From assembly GCA_002633005.1 (NCBI GenBank), contig NMRA01000320.1, positions 253,817-290,215 of the forward strand: 36,399 nucleotides of DNA. Direction: 5' to 3'. The notes beneath the pieces are model-generated. The model did no database searches and was not told where the DNA came from. It saw nothing but the letters and a program-made list of their open reading frames with translations. Of the stretch, positions 12,701-21,314 are shown piece by piece; within the stretch, counting starts at the first letter, position 1, and every line of letters begins with the position of its first letter. Origin of the DNA: Phoronis australis (taxonomy: Eukaryota > Animalia > Phoronida). The position numbers and the translations under genes are program-made.

Positions 12701-15700
12701 GATCACAGCTGCAGTTGACATGCGAAGGGTTCCGACAACTGTTACTCACTGTAGTAGCATTTTTACTGTTTATGCCTGTTTCAATAGTTCCTCAATGAAT
12801 GTACATATAGAGAGTGTGTTGGTGGATGGTGAGTTAATTTTTAGATGACTCTAACTACTGCAGTGCTCCTTTGTGACAATTTTTTTTTTCGCGTCTGCCT
12901 CAATGTCAAAGGTTCTTCTTGGAACTTGGCGTGTGAGCTTCTGTTGAAGAAAATATGGCTGGTATTGATTTTTGGACTGATTTGACCACTGTAGCACTCC
13001 CTAGTGGTATATTGTCATTTCGGCTGCCTTGATAATTACCAAGTTCTTCATGAACTTTGACCCACGTGGTCCTTATGAGAGGAGCACGGCTGATGGTGAT
13101 TTTGAATGGATGTGCTCGCCCCGAAATTATTTGAAAGTTGAGCACCCTATGTTTCTTTAGTGTATGCAATGCACACGTTGGGCAAATATTAGCGTCGCAT
13201 TCATTTCACAAAAGGTTAGTTTAGTTTTAAAGCCCCACCCAGTGCCCATTTTTGGTTCTTAGTTTGAGGTGGAACTGCTTGTCCTGGTTCATTGTTACCA
13301 AGAGTTAGAATTCTTAATTACTCCTGATAACATCATAAACTGAACAGAGGTCATTGATTGCCTCAGCACTAAGAAGGATTGTCACTGACTTAGATTTATT
13401 CCAGTTTAAACTTTGCAATTTTATACTGCATGAGGCGTTATGTATCAAGCATTGCTATGAAGTAATGATTGGGTGAAATATAGCTGTAAATGATACTTAG
13501 TACTCAAATCTAAATCTGCACTTAGAACTTATAGCGGCTATAAATCTGCATTCGGCTGTCAAACGACTAACTTTGTCTAGATCACTTTGTGCAATAACTG
13601 GTAATGCTTGACACTGTGCTTGGCATACGGAATGACGAGCCTTTGACAAGACAACTTATCGAGCTGGATCTTGCTTTTATTTCTAATCCCAGGAATCAGT
13701 TGTCTTTAATGCAACTAAATAACAAGTTCAGGTCAGCTTTATAGGAATTAGTGCCCTCAATCCAAGTGTATTTTTATGGAATGCAGACTTTATCTCCCTC
13801 ACGTCAAATAGTTGACCGGTGTCCATTTGCAACTTACAGGAAACTGTTGTGGCACGGCTCGCGGCTGTCCAACTGGGCCGGAATTCTCAGTAGGGGTCTA
13901 CAGATAGCTCCTCCTGAGGCCCCAGTCACAGGATACATGGTATGTGGGCCTAATTTAGGTATATTTGTCCTCATATTTCAGGTAGCTTGGGAGGATCCCT
14001 TTGGCCAAAATGCATGCAGCTACTCAAGTAGGCGCAATATCCAACATGAATGACTTAACATGATTTTGTGTACATGGAGTTAGATATCCGCTGTCATCAG
14101 AATTTGGATTGAAATATGTAATAAAACGCACCCGAGTTTAAAATATTTTTGTAATTCTGGTAAAATGTCTCAACTTACGACCATGCTGGCTACTTGGAAT
14201 AAGCCACCTTTTCTAAGTTTAATGTTTTATTTGCAGCAACGATTATTCAACATACTATTATTGGCTCAAATGTTTTTATCTTCATGACAAAATGAAGGTA
14301 GTGCATGTGTTCTTTTCACATTTCAGTTTGGGAAGGGTGTCTACTTTGCGGACATGTCCAGTAAAAGCGCCAATTACTGCTTTGCCACCCGAGCTCGTAA
14401 CACTGGTGTGCTGTTGTTATGTGAGGTGAGTACGCAATTAAAAATAAATATTGGCGTTAGAAGTCTTGTGAACAAACGCTGATTTATAGTAAAAAATCAC
14501 ATAGTTACTGAACTTAAAGGAGCATGCCACCCAAAAAACAATCTAATTTGTATCAGCTTATATCGAGTAGTTCTACTCCATAATGCCAAGTACGGTTGCG
14601 CTACCTGACACCTGACGGCAGACGGAGGTGTTGAAGTTATCCAATGACGTAATTGGTTTCACACGCAGTCTGTTCAGCAGTTCACAACACGGGTTACTGG
14701 TGTCAGCTTATCGCTTGAAGTCATCGTTTAACACCAATAAATCATCAAACTTCGATGTAAAACCTTTAAAAATGCACCGAGTTCTTATAAAAACAGGTTG
14801 TTTTATTTCGCTGTTACGCATTTATTGGTATTTGGACACACCGTGGCCTACAAAGTTCAGCAGGCCAATGGTCCGTAGCAGGAGTTTGGGGTCTGTTTGG
14901 AGATAAATTTGAAGTATTTTCTGTGAGATACAGACAGGAGAACCTAGATCTGTGTTGTTTAGACTTGTGATTTTTTGAGTTCTAAACATACAAAACGCTT
15001 GTTATCCTGGCCAGTGGCTCGGAACCGGATCAGGCCTGTCGCAGCGACCGGCCGGGTTGACTTGTTATCCCGCTGGCCAATAGCTCGGAAACTGATCAGA
15101 CATCACGAACATAAACCAGCGAAAGTTGGAAACTAAACTTCCAGTCAAGAAAATACTATACTAGTGAACCAAAGTAATATGCACGTTATTATGTTGGTGA
15201 ATTACCCACGAAACTGCAAATCTACTTACTTATCGGGGGCCGTGACTTCAGGTTCCGCGTTGGCCACAGCACCGTCAGGGCAGAAGTTGTACATTGAAAA
15301 TCATTATTTAATAATGTAAATGTAAATAAAGACTCCCCTAACACCAGGCCGTGGGATGGAAATCGACTGAGTTGTTTCACAACAGTTTTTGCCAGCAAAC
15401 ACAACATAGCGGCATTCACTCTACTGACATCGCTAGCATCGTTTCTCACCTTCCTCACAGGTTAACGCGACACTTCTTGGCAAGGTAAGGTCGACCGTAT
15501 TCGAGGCGATGTGGATATAGACCGATTAAGACGGCAAAAAAGACTAATTAAATCGGGTGGCATTCTCCTTTAACGTGTTTAGAAAAGTTGGCTGCCCCAG
15601 CCTGCGCGTTGTCATAGTGGTGCCCTCTTGTGTCAAGAAATAGCCTATTTCAGAATATCGTGACAAGGGTGTTACAGCACGTACACAGTTCTGGAAAGAA

Positions 15701-18248
15701 TGGTAAGTAACTACCTAATATCATTACAAGGGTGTAACAGCACGTACACCGTTCTGGAGAGACTGGTAACTACCTAATATCGTGAAAAGGGTGTAACAGC
15801 ACGTACCCAGTTCTTGAGAGACTGGTAAGTAACTACCTAATCCAGCAACCAAACTGAGGGAAGAGAACTGTATCACATGCAAGCTATAGTGTTCCATATC
15901 AGTAAGGTAATTCACGCTAACCCAGTATTGAAAATAGGTCATCTGTGTTTCAGTCATAATACAGTTTCCTAACTACAGCTGTTGTCTGTCTTTATGTCTC
16001 TTTGTCAGGTTGCTCTTGGCAATGAAAATGAGCTGTTATCTGCCGACTATGGTGCAGACAAGTTGCCGTCGGGCAAAGACAGTGTCAAGGGACTTGGGAA
16101 GGTGGCACCGGATTCAGCCAAGGACTTCACTATGTAAGCATCTATTTTCATGACCGCTGTGTCTGTGATACTACATGTCGGTAGCCACCTCTTGTTTGTA
16201 ACCGCCTTTCCTTTAAATATTTTCTTAACTACACTGAGTTAATGCCTTTGTTCAGCTAAATTCACAGCCCGAATGTCCTCTTTTTAAAAACCCATACTTG
16301 CTTATACACGTGTGCATAATTTATGCAGTCAATACTTTGGTTCCTTAAAGAACCATATCTTACTGTGCACTTACCTCGCCTCTCAAAACGCACGCAATTT
16401 GCTCAGTGTTCGCCCCATTTGGTGCAAGCACACCTAACAAGAAGTATTCCGAGTTTGTGGTTGTATCACTCTGGATGCGATTTTGATATTTCTAAGAAAT
16501 AAAAATGAAGAAATAAAAATCGTTTTTATGATTTCTTGACAACCTTCCTGTATTTTCCATTGATGAAATTACCGTCAGATTTGCCTTAGGTCATTCGTTG
16601 TTCTGTGCTGATGCAATGAGTTCTGAATGGTTTTCATGAACACCAAGAAAGTGAAATGAGGTGGCAGTCCTGAAATTTCTACTAAAGGAGCATAAAAATG
16701 GCAAAGTACCCCAGGCCACTAGGTGTCACTTATGCAGCAAATGGCCTACCTGTATGCTGATGACATGGTTCTGTGTTCGAGCACTCAAATTAATTTGCAA
16801 AGAATGTTAAATTGTCTTTATGATTATTGCTCTTCTTGGGGCATGAGTGTAAATCTGAAAAAAACTAAGATCGTTGTTTTTAGAAATGGCGGGCCACTCA
16901 GAGCGTATGAGAAGTGGTATTATGGAAACCAAGTAGTGGAGGTTGTCTCCCAATATAAATATCTTGGAATATTTTTCACACCAAGATTAGTCTGGTCCAA
17001 AGCCACTAAAACTCTGGCACGTCAAGGTAGTAAAGCTGCTATGTCCATCTCTAAAATTAGAAACCGGTGCACGGAATTACCATTGAGCCTATCACTTGAA
17101 CTGTTTGATAAAATTGCTGTACCAACTATGTGCTACGGCGCGGAAATCTGGGGATTCAAAGAATACGAATGGCTTGAAAATGTTTATGTTAAATTCTGTA
17201 AAATTGCTCTTGGAGTTGGAAACTCTTNAGTGTCAAGGGACTTGGGAAGGTGGCACCGGATTCAGCCAAGGACTTCACTATGTAAGCATCTATTTTCATG
17301 ACCGCTGTGTCTGTGATACTACATGTCGGTAGCCACCTCTTGTTTGTAACCGCCTTTCCTTTAAATATTTTCTTAACTACACTGAGTTAATGCCTTTGTT
17401 CAGCTAAATTCACAGCCCGAATGTCCTCTTTTTAAAAACCCATACTTGCTTATACACGTGTGCATAATTTATGCAGTCAATACTTTGGTTCCTTAAAGAA
17501 CCATATCTTACTGTGCACTTACCTCGCCTCTCAAAACGCACGCAATTTGCTCAGTGTTCGCCCCATTTGGTGCAAGCACACCTAACAAGAAGTATTCCGA
17601 GTTTGTGGTTGTATCACTCTGGATGCGATTTCGATATTTCTAAGAAATAAAAATGAAGAAATAAAAATCGTTTTTATGATTTCTTGACAAGCTTCCTGTA
17701 TTTTCCATTGATGAAATTACCGTCAGATTTGCCGTAGGTCATTCGTTGTTCTGTGCTGATGCAATGAGTTCTGAATGGTTTTCATGAACACCAAGAAAGT
17801 GAAATGAGGTGGCAGTCCTGAAATTTCTACTAAAGGAGCATAAAAATGGCAAAGTACCCCTGGCCACTAGGTGTCACTTATGCAGCAAATGTCCTACCTA
17901 TAGAAATGCATGCATTGGCTCCTGGGATTTTAAGCTCTCAAATCCCCCATGCTGCTCTCTTTTTGGTATTTGGGTGTTCAAAAGAATGGCCTTTCTTCAT
18001 GGGTGCCACCTAGTGGATACAGAGTTCACGAGTGTTTTCAAAACTGCATTGATTTTGTTTTTATGCTGTGTTTATTTCTGCTATTGTATACTTGCAGGAG
18101 AGATGGGTGTGTTGTGCCAATGGGCAATAGTGGAGACACGGGGGTGAAGAATCCTAGTGGATACACACTGAACTACAATGAATACGTGGTCTATGACACA
18201 CGGCAAATCAAAATGAAGTATTTGTGTAAAGTTAACTTCAAGTTCTAG
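652..18248 (+). CDS. PARP2: Poly(ADP-ribose) polymerase 2-like with N-terminal WWE domains; multi-exon, 5'-partial
   Basis: Manually joined exons: 652-766, 2409-2618, 3803-3913, 4981-5096, 5457-5629, 5942-6122, 7172-7256, 8470-8608, 10200-10263, 11118-11249, 11942-12066, 13840-13939, 14327-14425, 16009-16133, 18098-18248. All are GT-AG and phase-compatible; total 1926 nt = 641 aa + stop. PARP2-type motifs: [83 protein letters not shown]. Confidence 0.95.
691..1291. repeat. About 202-bp tandem repeat x3 spanning a PARP2 exon 3' half and its donor
   Basis: Units start at about 691, 892 and 1093 (gtcaagatgaccgagaaagcgaagtc...caaaatctgaaattt); the third copy has a short deletion. Confidence 0.95.
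2409..2618 (+). CDS. PARP2: PARP2-like exon: WWE domain
   Basis: ttttag| acceptor, |gtaagc donor, phase 1-1; [17 protein letters not shown]...LEK...VDVVACEQ...GVKRKVNRK has the W-W-E signature. Confidence 0.88.
3062..3305 (+). repeat. Dispersed repeat, copy 1 (copy 2 at about 31689-32100)
   Basis: Shared colinear blocks ctggcaactcaagtcacaggcaatgc, gttcttgt.ggtaac.gaa, gattttat..agtaaaaggct, tttagcca...gggc.aaat. Confidence 0.8.
3803..3913 (+). CDS. PARP2: PARP2-like exon: Lys/Ser/Pro-rich linker
   Basis: tttcag| ... |gtaagt, phase 1-1, open frame [36 protein letters not shown]. Confidence 0.8.
4385..4412. repeat. (AAC)n microsatellite
   Basis: aacaataacaacaacaacaacaacaac. Confidence 0.9.
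4414..4821. mobile_element. Foldback/MITE-like element with about 170-bp imperfect inverted arms
   Basis: aatatgcaga...actgaacttactt...cctgtgcgacctctggtggattcggttgga...gtctcatgtg (4414-4590) is the imperfect reverse complement of cacatgagac...tccaaccgaatccaccagaggtcgcacagg...aagtaagttcagt...tctgcatatt (4675-4821). Confidence 0.8.
4981..5096 (+). CDS. PARP2: PARP2-like exon: start of WGR region
   Basis: [38 protein letters not shown]; ttacag| and |gtaagc. Confidence 0.93.
5457..5629 (+). CDS. PARP2: PARP2-like exon: WGR core
   Basis: [19 protein letters not shown]...WFRWGRVG; tttcag| and |gtagcg (phase 2). Confidence 0.93.
5942..6122 (+). CDS. PARP2: PARP2-like exon: WGR end and start of regulatory domain
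   Basis: [29 protein letters not shown]...ESKLDKRVQ; ttccag| and |gtgcgt. Confidence 0.92.
6185..6294. repeat. 39-bp minisatellite, about 3 copies
   Basis: aaccaagacattttg(t/g)tggctaatcttaaatcat.tagg. Confidence 0.95.
7172..7256 (+). CDS. PARP2: PARP2-like exon: regulatory (helical) domain
   Basis: [29 protein letters not shown]; gctcag| and |gtaagt. Confidence 0.93.
7755..8290. repeat. Compound repeat: 21-bp units nested in an about 280-bp higher-order duplication
   Basis: gtgaactgatgcaagccgtac-like units (about 8 in 7945-8120); the block gtatgtaataagttagataa...ggtatgtgaag occurs at about 7838 and 8120. Confidence 0.92.
8470..8608 (+). CDS. PARP2: PARP2-like exon: regulatory domain
   Basis: [18 protein letters not shown]...[14 protein letters not shown]; cttcag| and |gtaagg. 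Confidence 0.93.
9059..9217. mobile_element. Short MITE with CAGGGGCRGATCCAGG-type TIRs
   Basis: caggggcagatccagg ... cctggatccgcctata. Confidence 0.65.
9729..10143. repeat. 51-bp minisatellite, about 8 copies
   Basis: gaaacaatgcaacactcgtagtctaccagtgaac(a/g)ctg..actctgcagtt. Confidence 0.97.
10200..10263 (+). CDS. PARP2: PARP2-like exon: regulatory domain
   Basis: [21 protein letters not shown]; gcacag| and |gtaaac. Confidence 0.9.
10748..10822. repeat. Perfect palindrome: 37-bp arms, 1-nt spacer
   Basis: caccgtggttggccagacaagttagttacagtattga t tcaatactgtaactaacttgtctggccaaccacggtg. Confidence 0.97.
11118..11249 (+). CDS. PARP2: PARP2-like exon: regulatory/catalytic junction
   Basis: [12 protein letters not shown]...[17 protein letters not shown]; tttcag| and |gtgagg. 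Confidence 0.92.
11942..12066 (+). CDS. PARP2: PARP2-like exon: catalytic domain
   Basis: [25 protein letters not shown]...REGE; tttcag| and |gttaga. Confidence 0.92.
12189..12250 (+). mobile_element. Possible tRNA-derived SINE head
   Basis: A-box-like tagctcagtg and B-box-like gggatcgagtc at tRNA-like spacing; no intact cloverleaf. Confidence 0.4.
12249..12413. repeat. 36-bp minisatellite, about 4.5 copies
   Basis: gg(a/g)cac(a/g)ctgctagacccttgagtctagtctcacta. Confidence 0.96.
13840..13939 (+). CDS. PARP2: PARP2-like exon: catalytic His (HGS)
   Basis: [33 protein letters not shown]; ttacag| and |gtatgt. Confidence 0.95.
14327..14425 (+). CDS. PARP2: PARP2-like exon: catalytic Tyr (YFAD)
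   Basis: [33 protein letters not shown]; tttcag| and |gtgagt. Confidence 0.95.
14518..15569. mobile_element. Non-autonomous DNA transposon, Kolobok/T2-MITE-like
   Basis: TTAA|AGGAGCATGCCACCC ... GGGTGGCATTCTCCT|TTAA: 15-bp TIR with one mismatch and a TTAA target-site duplication (14514-14517, 15570-15573). Confidence 0.85.
15654..15841. repeat. About 60-63-bp tandem repeat x3
   Basis: aatatcgtga.aagggtgt.acagcacgtac...gttct.ga.aga.tggtaagtaactacct. Confidence 0.93.
16009..16133 (+). CDS. PARP2: PARP2-like exon: catalytic domain
   Basis: [41 protein letters not shown]; tgtcag| and |gtaagc. Confidence 0.93.
16752..17227 (+). mobile_element. 5'-truncated non-LTR retrotransposon (LINE) reverse-transcriptase fragment, cut by an assembly gap
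   Basis: Uninterrupted frame YADDMVL...[29 protein letters not shown]...[11 protein letters not shown]...YGAEIWG, the RT core C-terminus and thumb; ends at the N at 17228. Confidence 0.92.
17229..17899 (+). repeat. Near-identical second copy of 16081-16751 (likely the alternate haplotype)
   Basis: Offset 1148 bp, starts immediately after the N; five substitutions seen (16484, 16543, 16586, 16713, 16744). Confidence 0.93.
18098..18248 (+). CDS. PARP2: PARP2-like last coding exon: catalytic Glu (NEY)
   Basis: RDGCVVPMG...[28 protein letters not shown]; ttgcag| acceptor. Confidence 0.94.
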
Positions 18249-18957
18249 AGGAGTAGGTTGCTGAGGTAATTTCTTCATGTCTACAGTGTAGCTGTGAATG
18301 TTCTGACTAAAGCTGACATTTTTTGGTTTTGCGGATTAATTGTAAGACTGGATTCACAACAAACACAAGTCAACTCCAGTCTAGAATTGATTCAACAATT
18401 GCGTTAAGAATTTCAAGATTTTGGTGAATAAAAGCATTCATCGTTGTGTTTATAGATCATCATCAGATGGAGCACTTAATGCGTAGATTATCAATCAAAA
18501 CTTCTGGAAACTCAGTGAAATATTTCTCGCAATATTGGGGAAGCACTGGACTCCTAATGGTTGTTGATAGCTGACTGGAATGTGAATGGGGTGGCTTAAA
18601 TGCAACTCCATGTTTTTTGCAGGAATCTGAAATTTTCCAACCACTAAACTAAGGACCCAGGCAACACCATAATGTCCGGTGAAAATTTTCATTGAGTTAC
18701 AGAAGTTTTCTTTTGCCATTTGCGAATTATTGTTTTCCATTTTTGGAGTCGGGCAATTTTTCATTTTATCGTTCTTTGTGGTCAAAGCTCTTCAATTGTC
18801 TCCCTGTAATTGGTGTCTATGCTGGTTTTATTAGAGTTCATGTTCCTAAATTGCTGTGCTGTAGTTCCCCTGTGTTGTAGAAAGGAGAAAAGTAATCTTA
18901 CGTTATCTCTATATTGCCCATCTATGTATTGTGGCTGTGAAATTGGTTTTGTGTAGT

Positions 18958-18988
18958 AATAAAAACAGTATTAAGTAAATGTTTTATT
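18958..18988. terminator. Opposed polyadenylation signals
   Basis: AATAAA on + at 18958-18963 and AATAAA on - at 18988-18983; a more proximal + signal is at 18427-18432. Confidence 0.5.
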
Positions 18989-20295
18989 TAGCTGTTCTAA
19001 TGTCCTTATCAATATCCATAACTTATCAATCCGTATAAACAATTTCTTATTGTAATGTTCAGAGTTTCTGAGAAGTTCCAATTTTGGCCAACTTCCAAAC
19101 ATTGCACATCCCAAATGTCTGATCCTATTCATATAAAATGCTTTATGCACTGCCCTCTAAAGTGTTGTTACGAATTGTCTTTACAGTAATCCACTTTTGC
19201 ATGAGGTGCTATCAAAAATAGGACTTAGGTGGCGTAAAACAAAGACCAAGTGATAATTTAGAAAAGTGTAACAATGTTTCTGAGATTTTATCTTTACATT
19301 TTTATCACGAAATTTGGTCGTGTTACTGATCCTGTGGTATTGGTATTGATATACCTTTCTATTTTGCCAGATTTTCGTAAAAAAGCCAGATTACTTGACC
19401 TAATAAGTGAAACATTGGTATAAAGTCAAAAATCAAATTCTACGGAATTTCTAGTTTCAGAAAATACGTAATTTTGCCGAGTTAAATTTTATAGTCTTGT
19501 AGATGTTTGGCTGTTGATTAGGTCCCTCTTATCTTAATGGTGCATCATGTTACATACTTAAGCCTTACGAAAACTTGTATGGTCAATATAAAAGCTATCA
19601 ATTTTAACCTCAATTCTCTTTAGGATAACAGTTGATACAGAAACGAAGTGCACACATAACCAAAATTGAAAGAGTAATTTTGCAATTTTTGATAATTCCA
19701 AAAGGCAAGGTTGGGTGTGGTGTCTGAAGTTTGGTATTTTTAGTCCCTCACTTTCAAGAAAGAAAATCAACCAGAGACGAGCAAAAACAATGCAGGATTT
19801 GTTTTTTTCCGCTCATTATTTGGCAAATCATGGCATTTCAAACCTTGCTTAGGTATCATTGAGCAGCTTTTCAAAGAACAAGATGGCTGAAATTGACACG
19901 TGTGCACTTTTTTAGTAAGTGCATGAGCGCAGTTCTTTACATGATTCGGGGTACACAGCAAAATAAACTATTTTTCAGCATCAAAATACGGTAACTATAT
20001 GTACGTGACGCTTCTGTGAATACAAGATAAGAAGCGGCATTCTCTTCTCTTGGTTTGTTTGTTACGGTCTGTATGAGCAAGTACTCTGGCTATTTACAAG
20101 CACTGCACTCGTAGAGCAGCACCACTGCCAGTAATCACGTTCTAACCATAAAATTGGATGAATTGCATAATGTGTCCAGTTCAATCCATTTTCAACTTGT
20201 CAGTTCCTGATGGTACATATGCGAGTGGTTTATCAGCCCTTAGTCACACTAATAATTGCCTTAAGGCGTTTGTGACACTGGATCACCTGAAACCG

Positions 20296-21314
20296 CTAAG
20301 ACTGTTTGTTCCCATCTGCTGACTGCTGTACCTTGTTATCAGATCCGAGGCCAACCGAACGCCTAACGAACTTCTCGGTGATCCCGTGAGCGTCACGAGG
20401 AGGCCTGTTGTCAGCTTTTCCGTCACGTGTTTTAACTACCAGAGATCTCGGTTTCGGATCGTGCGACTTTTTCCACGGACAATGTTTGCTCGTAGATGTT
20501 GCACTTTTAACTTCCTGGCCACCTTTAACATTTTTTGATTCCTTGGTGTCGCATGTCTTAGGTTTAACAGCAGTTGGTGATGGGGGTATTTGCTTTGATG
20601 GACATTGCTTTGATTGTTGGAGTTCTCTTGTTTTATTTTCTGGTTTATTCATCTTTCCAGATTGTTTTGGTTCACTATTGTTTGTGTATTTCTGAGGTGA
20701 GGTTGACCTAACAGACTGCTCGGTGATCCGGCAAGTGTCCCGAGGCGACTTCTTGCTTTTAGCTTGTCCCAATTGCTTTGTCTCTAGCAACGTTGGTCTC
20801 TGCTCATGGGCCTTTTTCTTGGAATTCCCTGTTCCAGTAGAGTTAACGCTGTTAACCTTTTCGATACCGTTAACGTGTCTGGCCGTAAATGCTGCAGGTT
20901 TAACAGACGTTGGTGATTGTGATGTTTGCTTTGCTGGCCAGTGTTTGGACAGCTGAAGTTGTTTTGTCTTCGGTTTAACATCCCGTGTCATCGTCTTGAC
21001 CTGTGGACACGGAGACGTAACGTCATTGCCATTTCGGCTCATTGGCTTGCTCTTTTTGCGGGGTGTCTTTGACATTACGTCCTTTGGTTCAGGGTTGTCT
21101 GTGTTATGTCTCATTGAGCTGGGTTCTAGAACATCGGTTGAACGAGCTTTAACCGATGACACCGCGTGTTGAGACATTTTCTTTGTACACGTTTTTGGTC
21201 TTACATCCAGTTGATGTATAGTATTAGGTGGTGGCGTTTGCAAAACGCCGTTGTTTTGGCTGTCAATTTTGATTACTTTTCGTGTCACCTTTTCTTTCCC
21301 ATCAGAGCTCTGCC
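20296..21314 (-). CDS. Probable last coding exon of the ZNFX1-like gene: K/S/T/P-rich low-complexity tail
   Basis: Acceptor ttttatttcag|GG at 21315/21314 is phase 1, matching the donor at 21864; open for about 339 aa to TAG at 20298-20296. Confidence 0.7.

Noticed and set aside
15654-15841. GGTAAGT donor-like motifs in the 60-bp repeat as extra exons
   Set aside because: No convincing acceptor or PARP-like coding, and exons 14425>16009 join cleanly.
17229-17281. Apparent duplicated PARP2 exon ([17 protein letters not shown])
   Set aside because: Begins mid-exon right after the N with no acceptor; best explained as haplotype overlap at a scaffold gap.
16723-17301. 192-aa ORF as an RT-PARP fusion or standalone gene
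   Set aside because: Chimera of intron sequence, LINE fragment and post-gap sequence; it spans the N.
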